Source: Lophium mytilinum | Taxonomy: Eukaryota | Direction of reading: 5' to 3' | Assembly (NCBI GenBank): GCA_010093605.1 | Contig: MU004182.1 | Location: forward strand, 777,032 to 841,031 | Length of the DNA: 64,000 bases | Part shown: piece after piece, positions 36,464 through 47,617 of the stretch | Numbering within the stretch: the first letter of the stretch is position 1 | Layout of the letters: each line of letters opens with the position of its first letter | The notes under the pieces: model-generated | What the model was told of the DNA's origin: nothing | Databases searched by the model: none | Seen by the model: only the letters and a program-made list of their open reading frames with translations | Position numbers and translations under genes: made by a program

Positions 36464-37685
36464 GATGAACTGATTTGGTGTTGAGTTTTCAGAGGGCAGA
36501 AACAGGGAGGGTTGTTCTTCCTGTGCCTCTTTATCATGAAAGATCGGCGGTGGTGCATCTGTGAAATGGCAGCCACCGAGTGGCCATGACGTCAGCCACT
36601 GTGGGACGCGAACGCAACAAGCTAAACCTACTAAAACCTTGGAACAAACAGCGAGAGCCCAATGTTACAAATGCAGCATTGCAAAAGAGTCTTTTGAAGA
36701 GCCTAATGACAGCAGACGAAATGAAATTAGATTGTCTCATGTGAAGTAGAAGGATAGAGGACCCCTCACCCACCAAGAATCCCAATATGCATGGAATGAC
36801 AAGGAAGGTCCTTACCAAACCCAGAAAGCAATATCGCCTGGCTGATCAGCCCTGGGGATCCTGTAGTTGCGCATTGATGGCTACCAGACAGTAAGGATCC
36901 CAGGTTCGATCATGATCCTAATCGACATCTTGCCGTCACGAATCATCAGAGACGGCTGAAGAACAGTCTATTCTCGAGCTAACGCCCTCCATATTGCTTG
37001 AATAGTTAGTTTCTTACTAGTGCGTACGTAGATGCGATATAGAGGCGTTTATGGCCCGCCAAACTACCACTATAGGCGGTCTAACGACATTTAGCCCCAT
37101 ATATTACATCACGTGACTTGTTCCCATGCAGTTAGCGCCGTATCCCCTGTTTATAAGCAAATCAGCCGCTCTCAGGTTACATTGTCACAGCTGTCACCTC
37201 TCAGGATGCTCAGCTTCAACTCACTTCTTTGTCCAACGCCATTAGACAGTCCCAATCCCCACACAAGAACTATCCTTGTCAAGACTTGGGTGAAGGATAT
37301 GCGAAAGACAGTTATTACAACTTAGACTTGGGGACCTATAAAGTCCACCTCAAATCAGACTTCAAGCTCTATGGTCACATCACTATGATCCTAATGCAGA
37401 ACTGCCACGCCTTAATCCACGTACGATCACTTTTCCCTTCTTGTTTAGGAACGTAAGTTGCTCCTGCTCTAGCCTGAGCTGTGGTTGAGGTGAGCGGAGC
37501 TTGAGTCGATACTGGCGTTCCGGTTCCGTGGCTCGGATGCAGCACCTACTGTTGATCCGAGCTACTCCTCACTTCTAACAATACTACGAAGCCATCGTGT
37601 GACATGTAATTTCAAGTTCTCTTAACTGTCTTATACAGCGTTAAATCCACGGATTTCGTATCGAACTCATATTCTATCAAAAATA

Positions 37686-38209
37686 ATGGCTTCTGCAGCA
37701 GTAGAAAAACATAAATACGTCAAACTCTCAGTCTACCTGAAACGCCTGCCTGACTGCACCGACGAAAAGTTCCATAGTTACTGGGCTGGGAATCATGCTC
37801 AAGTAGCAATGGAACATGATGTCTTTAGGAAACACGTCCGCAGGTACAACCAAGTACGCAACCGCATTATCCCCCGAATCACCACAAACACCCTGTTGAA
37901 GCTAAATTGAACCAATAGTATCACATCCCTCCAGAGCTGAAAGCTGCAGCGGCAGCAACTGGCCTACCGACGCTTGATTTTGATGGCGTGGCAGAGATCT
38001 GGGTTGATAGTTTAGAGGGCTGGAAAGAAGTCCAGAACAATGTTGATTTTGTGAAGGCAATAGCTGGTGAGTTTTGATTCCCTCTTTTTGACAATAGCGA
38101 GAGATGCTAAAGATTTGTCGAAGCCGACGAAACGCATTTCTTGGCGCAAGATCGAGCGATACTGATTGGGTACGATAATTTGATCATCGGAAAGGAGGTT
38201 TTGTCGTAG
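37686..38209 (+). CDS. EthD-like dimeric alpha/beta barrel protein (133 aa)
   Basis: Exons 37686-37853, 37919-38066 and 38124-38209 sum to 402 nt. Motifs LKRLPDCTDEKFHSYWAGNH, RRYNQYH, FDGVAEIW and DETHF. Confidence 0.85.
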
Positions 38210-38411
38210 TTTGGTAGGATAAAATGACGCCGACTTCCTTTTCGCTGCTCTGCTCGACCCATGAGAACTTCAATATGCTCAAGCCAACTGTCGCTATCCA
38301 ACGTTTGCACTCCCAAACTCATTGAGCCATGTTAGTTAGGCGGTGAGGCTTATCTACCACGTCTATGCCGTGTATAGGTGACCCTCCACGCTACTACACA
38401 AGACTTCTGTC

Positions 38412-41400
38412 TCACGCCCCACCAAACAGCCTCTTCAAGCCTCGCCTACGTTTCCGCGGCTTTCCGACAAGACTGAGACGTGTTGCGTATTCAAACAGCT
38501 CCTTCAACCCCTCGCCTGTCTTGGCCGAAATCTCCATATACCTCTTTGCCTCGATCTTCTTGCAGACATCCTCCGCCTCTTCTCGCGTTACGGGATGCTG
38601 GCCTATTTTGCGCAAGTCCTCAATCTCTTTCGGGTCATTGACTACATCCTTGTAGTTGCCGACTAGGATGTACGGTACTCCAGGAAGGAAATGGAGGATT
38701 TCGCTAATCCACTTTGGTACCTGTCAGCCTTCCCGAACAGCTTGATGAAGAGCGTTCTAGTCTGTCTACGTACTTTCTCTTGAATATTATCAAGTGAGTC
38801 TGGGTTCACCAAACTGAACATTATGAGCACGACGTGCGTGCCGGGATATCCAAGTGGTCGGAGGCGGTCGTAGTCTTCTTGGCCCATTGTGTCCCACATA
38901 GAGACCTCGACGGCTCTGCCGTCCACTTCGACGGTGCTTACGTGTATGTCCCAGTTATAGGTTATGCCGCCGCCGAAATCCTTGATGATATTAGCTTGAG
39001 ATCCAGTGGAAATGGCTGCGGGGGATATCATACGTCAGGGACTCGGCCACGTGATTGATGGCTGTGAAAGGTCCAGTGAGTACGTTATTGGAGCGGAAAA
39101 TCTACAGGCGGCGAGGGCTTACACTAGTAGCATTGTTTTACCGGCGCATCCATCCCCTACAACGACTAGTTTACGGCTATGTTTTGGTAGCAATGACGAA
39201 GGAGCAGTCGTTGGCGGTGTTTCAGTCTGATCCCGTGCCGGTGATGCGACTTGAGCGGCTCCTGAAGCGGCTGTAGAGGGGTGGGGATTTGACCGTTTGA
39301 TCTCCGCTTGTTCTGCGGCTACGATTCGAGGTATATCATCAAGAGATAAGGCGCCCACTGTGAAAGTGTCTCCTTCGATTACGAAAATTGACTCTCCGGG
39401 GGGTGCTGTCCCGTCAATCTTACCCAGCGGCGCTTTTAGCAGAGGTAAGCGAGCTGTGGTATCAGGAAAGCTGTCGGGACCAGGGTTGTCCATGCGCTCT
39501 CCATGGAGTTGGTTAGCTTCATCCTTGTGCGCGTTAGCTTTGGTGAAAATGGTAGCAACACCGAAACCGTCGTTTGTGTGCTGGTCTCCAGTCAAAGCGG
39601 TAAGCTCTTCGTTATCAGGAATCCTAAGTCCCAAATCGTGAGTGCTGAAATCGAAAAGCTGCTCTGATACCCTGTCTGGACCAACATCATTACGAGTCGC
39701 TTGGACAGGGTGCATTTTGGTGTTCAGAAGCGGTGAAGGAGATCCAGGAGTAGTAGAACTCCTTTTGATTATCGGACTGCCCAGATCCTGTAGCCGTCAA
39801 CAGTATTCATTCCATTTATTTCGTGCATCACAAACCTGGTTGGAATCTTGAATGTTTTCGCGCTTCATACTGTCCGAGTTGAGCAATTTAATACTAGTAT
39901 CATGCTCCGGTGGAACAGCCTGAACATTTTGATCAACGCAACCCTTATGAATTGCACCATCAAGGCCGAGCTGAGAATCACTCGCATCGGCTTTTGCGTC
40001 ATTGGAGTCTTTCAGAGTTTCGGCCGGGACTTCAATAAGTGATGCATCATCAACGTCGTCCACAACAGTGTCACTTTGCCGAATCTGAGAACTCAGCTCG
40101 GAGGGCGAGTCTTTGCCGCCTCCATTCCACTTCTTGCCAATTGGTTTTCGACGCAACGACCCCTCCGGCACCAGTGAGGCAGAGATCGACTCAGGAGTTG
40201 ATGGACTTGTGCGAGGAACGTTATTTGCTCGTGGATTCATCTCTGTCTTATCTGTGTTTGGCGTACTGGGTTCAACTGGAAGTAGCGGAGAACTAGCCTC
40301 CGCCATTCTCTCTTGATAATCAGAGAGCATCACCGCATATGCTTCCTCTTCATCGGCCTTTCCATCGGCTTTGCAGATCTCCACCAGTAGAATCAAGGTT
40401 CTCTCAAAGCCCTCATGACCCTGTGGGCCGAGTCTCTTGTAGCCTTTGAGTGCTTGGCGAGCATAGAGATGGCACGCAATATAATCGGACTTTTGGAACA
40501 AGACGGTTACTAGAGTTGACAGATCATTCAATGCTGCTTCGCCTTTCTTGCTTTCCTGTCTTGCAGACAATTTCTCCATCAGAAGCGATTCCGCTTCATC
40601 CCATCGTTCCAATCGGAGGTATGATTCGCATAGAAGCCCGGTGACTTCATCTTTTGACACACCACCTTTCGCTTTCCGTTGCCAGGTCGTTGCTGGAATG
40701 GCATTTATCCTGTTTAGGCAGTTCTTTAGAAGGCGTTCCGTAGCATCATAGTCTCTCTTATGGAAGGTCGCTCTGCCGCGTTTGAAAAGACCCATGGTCA
40801 ACTCTGTTTCGAGATCCGAGTCTGAATCCGATTCAGAGTTATGTGCTGCTGTTGGTTTACCAGGAGGCTGTGATTCAAACGCTGGGTTGGGAGGGATAGA
40901 CGCAGACGATTGAGACTCAGTCTGATCATCCTCGTTGATTACGTTCGATGAAATCCATTTGAGCATTGACTCGCTGGGCTCTGAAGGGAAGCAATCGCCA
41001 TACTCGGAGCCGCAGAAAGAAGATGCATCATCGACATTTTCTCTACCCAGGATGGTCGACGCTGTCGACATGATCGTAGCAGAGGAGCGGACACAATTCC
41101 TTAGATTACCGAACACTTCGATTTGCCTTTGGCTAGAACCGTCGACGACTGCTGAGGCGAGTTTGCGGATTTGATCGTTCAGATCAGTCGCGATTCGGCG
41201 AACGTCTCGTTGAAGCTCGTCTAGATTAGGAAGAAGGCGGTCGGTCGATTCTTGAAGAGTAACTTGATTCCATCTTATTTGCTGTCAGTATCTTTTCCAT
41301 CTCCTAGTTCACGTCCGTAGGAATACCAACAGAATCATGGTCTGAAGAGAGAGCTGCAAAGCATCCTTGTAAGCCTGGACCTGCTTCCTGAAAACCTCGA

Positions 41401-41770
41401 TTTGACTAGTTGCTATTTTCAATCTCATATGTTTGCGTGGCCCATCTAAAATTTTGACCTCTTTGTTGACTCCCTGAAGCAGTACTCGCAGCTCTTCCAT
41501 TGTAGTTTGCGCGTCTTGAAGTGATTGATTAAGATTCTTCCAATGAGTACCAACGTGGCCCGTAGCTGGGGGTTGCTTTCCCACTTGCTCAAACGTTTCT
41601 TTCATAGACTCCAAAACTCGGACCAGACTTTCGACTTCGTAGAGCATGCCACTGACGGTGCTGTTGACTGCTACGACTCCATCGCGAAAAGCACGCAGCT
41701 CTAGCGTTACCGTGTAACAGGCACCTACTAGAGCAACCACGCCAGTGGTGATGCTGAGAGGATCGGGCAT
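38412..41770 (-). CDS. Multidomain protein (~1025 aa): HeLo-like/STAND N-terminal domain + TPR-like helices + disordered linker + C-terminal divergent Rho1-like GTPase domain
   Basis: Exons 41770-41331, 41273-39836, 39787-39123, 39061-39034, 38980-38774 and 38711-38412. All introns are GT-AG with plausible branch points, and the phases give one continuous frame. N-terminus [18 protein letters not shown]; Rho motifs [41 protein letters not shown] and [10 protein letters not shown]. Confidence 0.8.
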
Positions 41771-42226
41771 GTTCACAAGCAGAGGACTCTGTTAACGTGG
41801 CTGGAATATATATGTTGGGATTAGGATGAGGCAACGAGGCTGAACTACGAGCATATTGACACAGAGCCTGGAAACTGTAAAGGGAACAGACGTGCAATCA
41901 TTTCGTGGCCATGAGAAGAAAATAGGAGAAGAATGCCGCCGCGTCTCGCATTGACAAGGTGTTCGTACTGCATATACGTATGGTTGTATGGAGTTCAGAT
42001 CGCTCCAGAGCTGAAGCCTTCACCTAGGCTGCGGGGCATCATTCACGTGACCGCTTGATAGCATTGGCTGTGCATGGGGCGGCATTTAAGACGGCCGCTA
42101 GGCAGCAATCAGTATAGCTGTCTCCTTTAAATCCACCATCCGCCTTAGACGTACCTCTACACCTTTCTCCTTCGCCTTTTTTGTGTTGATAAGAAGCGAG
42201 TCCACCGTGTCTATCAGTCTTTGATC

Positions 42227-44128
42227 ATGCGCAGTCAGCAAAAACGTCGCAGAAGTGACAGTCTGTCTGAACCCGAGACACGTAGAAAAGCGCCCGGGAG
42301 GGAAGCCTCCTGCAACGAACTAGCAGCCTTGCCAAATGGATCTTATCGAGTAGATATAAATCTTCGTTCCCAGTTGAAGCCAGAACGAAACAATCCGAAT
42401 CCGCGAAGCTATTGGGAAAAGTTCTCCGAGAGCATATGCGATGATGAGGATCAGGATGAAGAAGATCCATATGAGAGCGATGTCGATATGGATTCGTTAG
42501 ACGATAGTTCGGGCTATGATTCTGAGTACGACGAGTTATCCCGCTTCAAATGGCTTGAGCAGATGGATGGCAAGGTGCTTTGGACATCCCCAGATGGTCT
42601 TGAAACTACGACCATCGGCCAATGCAGCGGTGAGCTGATCAGCCGTCCGGCAATTCGACACATATTCCATGAAGAAATGGACGGGCCAAGTACCGAGATC
42701 TCGAGTCTCGGTTTTGGCCTATTTGATCGGTATGGCCGGCTCAAGCCTGAGTTCAAAACCCATTCTGTCAAGAAAGGATCCGGCGTATGGCAAGATGAAC
42801 TTGATAGCGGAGACATCTTACTCATCAATGTTCTACACGTAAAACTCTCGCATCGACGTCGCGGACTCGGGCGCAAAATGTTTGTGGAGCTGTTTGAGAA
42901 AGCGCGGAAGAAAACCGTCGGTAGCTTCTTCGCGATCGTGCAACCGGGTTATCTTACCCGCGAGAGCGACGAGGAGATGGGAGATGTTTCAGGCGAAGAG
43001 AGAAAAGCATTCTACCATCAAGCAGAGGATGCCGCATGCCACTTCTGGCGACAGCTCGGCTTCCGCCGGATTGGTTCATCCATTTGGTTCGGGTTTGCAA
43101 GTAAACCTGATCATGCCTGCCACAGCCTGTTAGCGAGCGATGACTACGACCCACCAAGCCCAGCATATACACCAGATCCAATAAACGAAGCCATACGAAG
43201 TACCATCTCCAAGACAGGGGATGACGAATGTGTTGAACACTTGAGACTACGAGAAGTGGCATCCGGAGATCCACGCTGGCGGGCAATAGATGATAAGGGT
43301 AACACATTCCTTCACATTGCCGTCACCGCATGCAAACCAAAAACTCTGAAATGGATCTTGCAGCAGAACTCTGACTCCGATTTACTCGATTTCCGCAACG
43401 GCGATGGGCTTACTCCACTTGAGGTACTCCTGGAACTTCTTGAAGTCAAGAGGACCAGAGGCTCCTTTTTTAGAGGCAAGCCATGGTCAGACGAGTTCGA
43501 TGGGTTTAGTCCTGCGGCTGTGGAGTGCTTGTCGCTTCTAAAAGGCATCACGCAGGACATCGAAAAGTTACGCCTTATGTACGGATGCACCTGTGGGATC
43601 TGTATAGGAGGGTTTCTCAGCCCTCGCATGTCGTTCGCATTGCTTTGCCAGGCCGAGATAAATCACGACATGCTCAGGTCATCCATTAACGATTTCACAA
43701 GTACAGGCTTAGAATTCGTCCAATACAACCAGGACGACCTTCAATTTCTTCAGCCTTCAGTCCGTGCAAGCTTAGCCAGGAACCAGCCCATGCGAGAGGG
43801 GTTCATCAACTTCTTTGATCACTTTGCTACGTGCATTCGTAGCAAGATGCTACCGACCGAGCCGTTCGTAATGCGGGCAATGCAAAATAGCAATGAGCAG
43901 CCGCCAGTGTCGCAGAACTTCCTCGAAAGAGGTGGGACCATTTACTCGATTGGATCAGTTATCTTTAAGAAAGCAATGGAACAAGATATGTGGGCTGGGG
44001 ATGGCGAGCACTGGAGTGATTTTGAAGATGATATCCGAAAACTGCCCTACTGCAGGAATGACCACGAATTTGCCTTCGTGAGTGGCATGTGCGGCTTCAA
44101 GCGAGTCTCTAGGATGAGATATGTGTAG
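42227..44128 (+). CDS. GNAT-fold acetyltransferase-like domain + ankyrin-like repeats + Cys-containing C-terminal domain
   Basis: Single exon. GNAT-like motif A VKLSHRRRGLGRKM and motif B FWRQLGFRRIG; ankyrin-like DDKGNTFLHIA and NGDGLTPLE; GCTCGICIGGFLSPRM. Confidence 0.8.
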   Translation: MRSQQKRRRSDSLSEPETRRKAPGREASCNELAALPNGSYRVDINLRSQLKPERNNPNPRSYWEKFSESICDDEDQDEEDPYESDVDMDSLDDSSGYDSEYDELSRFKWLEQMDGKVLWTSPDGLETTTIGQCSGELISRPAIRHIFHEEMDGPSTEISSLGFGLFDRYGRLKPEFKTHSVKKGSGVWQDELDSGDILLINVLHVKLSHRRRGLGRKMFVELFEKARKKTVGSFFAIVQPGYLTRESDEEMGDVSGEERKAFYHQAEDAACHFWRQLGFRRIGSSIWFGFASKPDHACHSLLASDDYDPPSPAYTPDPINEAIRSTISKTGDDECVEHLRLREVASGDPRWRAIDDKGNTFLHIAVTACKPKTLKWILQQNSDSDLLDFRNGDGLTPLEVLLELLEVKRTRGSFFRGKPWSDEFDGFSPAAVECLSLLKGITQDIEKLRLMYGCTCGICIGGFLSPRMSFALLCQAEINHDMLRSSINDFTSTGLEFVQYNQDDLQFLQPSVRASLARNQPMREGFINFFDHFATCIRSKMLPTEPFVMRAMQNSNEQPPVSQNFLERGGTIYSIGSVIFKKAMEQDMWAGDGEHWSDFEDDIRKLPYCRNDHEFAFVSGMCGFKRVSRMRYV

Positions 44129-44858
44129 GATGCGAACCTGGGTGGCAGTGCCCAAATCATCCTGTCTCATAGAGGGCGCGATACGTTGTGTATCAGGTCG
44201 ATTGGACGAACCTATCAATGTCGATTGAAAATCAATCACAAAACTATTGTAGTCCGGGTTGGTTCCGAATTCTCCGTTCAAGCTTCATCTATGTTCATAA
44301 TTACCTGAGTTTTTTCACACTTTGCTGTTCGGCTCATCATCCAATCCCACTTCAGAAATGAACTCTTAGAGTCTACATTCCGTTTTGCTTTTTCCACTAC
44401 ACATCTCATTCTCAAACTAGTCAGGTTGTAAAAACATGATCTCACTTAGAGTGCTCACTTTTTACTCAATCTTTTATCCCAACTCTGTTAGCTAGCCTAA
44501 TCATAATACACAAGGAACTATCCTTATTACAAAGTGCAGCCAAATCTAAGCGAGATACGTTGGCTGAGATTTTTTAGTATATGATCCAGAACACGGACAA
44601 TCATGCAGAGCCTCAAAACTAGATTTTTCGTCTGGCGGGACGTTCAAATGTCTCGAAAGTCTATGGAAACAACTAGTCACGTGACCATACCCTACACCAT
44701 CTCAACAGATAAATCGGGCCACAAGCAGCCAGTTATGATCAGCTCATTTCAGCATTACCGCCCTATACAAACACCGCCTGGGTATGAACAACACCACGCT
44801 TCCAATAATCTACACAACCGCAACACCCTGAACACCAGCACACCGTTCCCATGAACAC

Positions 44859-47173
44859 TTACTCGCTATCCAAGTTCTCATCCGGAACACTCCACTTCTT
44901 CTTCCCCAAGATCCGCTGTTTCTTGCTCGGACTCCTCCCCTGGACCTCCCTCTCCAACAACTCCAGCTTCCTCTTCAACCCCTCGTTCTCTCTCTCCAAC
45001 TCATCCACCCTCACTTCGCCCTCCGCCTCGCCCTCTTCGTCTTCATGGACCTCAATCCCCTTGACCAGCACTTCAATCTTGCGATCGAAGTGCTCATCAG
45101 CGCGATCCGCCTCCTCATCCCACGCACCCTTCCACCGCCGCCGCTCTGCATCCATACGCTCTTCCATCTCAGCGAAGCACTCGTCTCTGATCTCCTGCTC
45201 TAGGGCGGTCATGCGCTCTTCGGCTGCCCGCCAACACTCCTCGGCATGTAGCCTCCTCTCCCTCTCGTCGTCAAGCTGCATAGCTAGGATGTCGGCTTCC
45301 TCGGTGAGTCGCGCAACCTCCTGCGTCGCCTGTTCGAGCTCTTCCCAAGAGACTGTAGGCGAGGAGCGCCCGCTGGAGAGCGTCGATTTGCCGCCTGCGG
45401 TTGTTCCGGATAGGATAGTGCTGCTGACGGATGGAATGCGCGGCACAGTGATTTCCCGCGCAAGTGCTGAGTAGCGGAGGATTTGGGAGGTGGCGTTGAA
45501 GTCGCCCACCGGGTCTGCTGTTACAATCATGATTGCTTTCTGCGGATTACGGTGCGACGAGTTCTGTTGGTGATGGTGGCTTGTGGCGGATGGGAACGAG
45601 TTGGAGAAGAGGAGTTCGGTGAGTTTGCATTGCCGGAATGGGACGATATTTTGCTGTCCAAGATTAGGTCATAGTCAAGACACGTGAAATAAATGATCAT
45701 ACCTTGTTCCCTTCCTGGTTGTCGTTCTGCATCTGCATGCACTGTCCCAGATACATGAGACTCTCATTAATCTTTCCAGCTTCTGCCAACGTAGCACCCG
45801 CGGTCTTTGCGTTTCTCGCGCGCTCGGAACCTGCGAGGTCCACAATGGTGAGTGTGCTGCCTCTCCAAGAGCCACGGCCTGACCGGTCCCGCTTCTTGAC
45901 TTCCACGCAGAAGAAGCCATGACTCCGCGAGCTGACGGCATTGCTACCCGTTCCAGCGACCCTCCTTTCATGCAGACCCGTTTCCAGCACCATGAGTGCT
46001 TCGTCCAGACTACCGCAGATGATCTTCCGGAGGCCGGCCACAACCTTCCTGTCCGGACTCTGCTCCGTGCTCTTGAACAAAAGCGCTCGCCGCTTCTGCT
46101 GACCATTCTTACTGTTCGTGCCGGATCCTGACAAGAGATCGAAGATGCGGTCGTTGTACACCTCATACATAGATATAACGATGGCGTACTCTGCGTTCGG
46201 GTCCGCCGGTACTTCAACCTCCTGGACGCTTGGAGTCTGTGGTAGCGCAGAGGGGCGGGGGATGTTTCGTGATCGGGTCGTGGTAGGGCCTATGAAGGAG
46301 CTGTACTCCTTTGGGATGTGTGAGCTTCTTGATGTGCTGCGAGTTACGCTCGCGAATCCGCCTGTGACAGGTCGGATGCTTGCGTGCGCAGGATTGACAG
46401 AAATTGGGGTTGAAGGCCCATTGCTAGGCCCGATATATACATTGTTACGGAGAGAGGGATAGAGATTACGGGATGAGTGATGGGAAGGAGTTTGGAGAGG
46501 TGCAGTAGTAGAGGAGCGGGGGGTATTATAGTCTCTCGTAGGAGAATTGGGGCATACAGGCATAGGAGTTTGAGCTCTAGAGTTGAAGCCACGCTCGGAT
46601 TGGTTGTCGCCATAGTGTGAGTCTAAGAAGGCCGACGCGGTAAAGAGCTGGGCTTCGGACGCATCTGTAGCTGCAAGGGATGGTACGGCATTGGAGCCAT
46701 ACGTAGGTTGGACGATCTGCGACTCGGTGCTCTGGAAGAGTAGGCCCAGCGCCATTTGAGTGAGACCGCGTTGTGATTTCGTGCCCAAGATGGTGTGGCT
46801 CTGGTAAAACAGTCAGCATTTCTTCCCTTTCCTTCTATTCCAGGTGACATGCCTTTCCAGAGCCGGTCACTCCTAGTGTAGCAAGCAGTCCATCGCGCCC
46901 ATGGCTCCCGTCCGCAGCCAGCACGCCCTCGATCAGAGGCACCACTCCAGTGCCCTTGAAGATATCCAACTGCTTGGCATGCTCCTCGAACACTTGAGTA
47001 AACGCAAACTTCTCGACTGCGCGCTTGCGGTGGTCCGTTGGAGGCGGCTTGATGGTGATGTGGGTCCCGTCGTCTTGGACGTCGAGAAATCGCTCTGCGC
47101 CGACGGCATTGGAGGGACGCAACCGTAGGTAGACTTCGAACAGCGAATTCGAAGGCTTAGGAGGAGGTTCCAT
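44859..47173 (-). CDS. Kinesin motor protein (kinesin-6/Klp9-like)
   Basis: Motifs FEVYLRLRP, P-loop GVTGSGK|S across intron 46801-46852, MYEVYNDRIFDLL, NAVSSRSH, VDLAGSER, INESLMYLG and VPFRQCKLTELL; coiled-coil tail. A further intron lies at about 45654-45702. Confidence 0.9.
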
Positions 47174-47314
47174 GGTAACTTGTGCTGGTGGTAAATGTGG
47201 TGGGAAGATTTATGCTGTGCTGGACGTTGGCGATGTTGAAGCCATGAAGTCCACGGTTGGTCAACAAGCGCTAAGCCGTTGTCTAAGCAACCAGCCACTT
47301 TACGAAATATCACG

Positions 47315-47320
47315 ACGCGT
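47315..47320. promoter_or_regulatory. MCB-like element ACGCGT upstream of the kinesin gene
   Basis: ACGCGT about 140 bp upstream of the kinesin ATG, with CGCGTTT nearby. Compatible with cell-cycle regulation, but a 6-mer is weak evidence. Confidence 0.25.
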
Positions 47321-47617
47321 CGATGCCTGGCGGTCTTCGGTGAGTCACGAAAGTCATGAGCGCGTTTCAAACTATACATGGTATTTTCTATAATGACATG
47401 TTTTACAAGACGTACTCAGATCCCACGTGATGTTCCTAATGCAGATACCACCAACACCTAGAGATGTTGATGATCCCAATGCGCGCGATAGACTCCTCCC
47501 TAGATCCCCTGATTTTTGTACAAATAGCCTCCTAGTCACGAAAGGGGTTCACGGTAGCATCGAACGAAAGATGAATGCCGGATTGAAACACCCAACCCCA
47601 GTAGGTCAGTCACTTAC

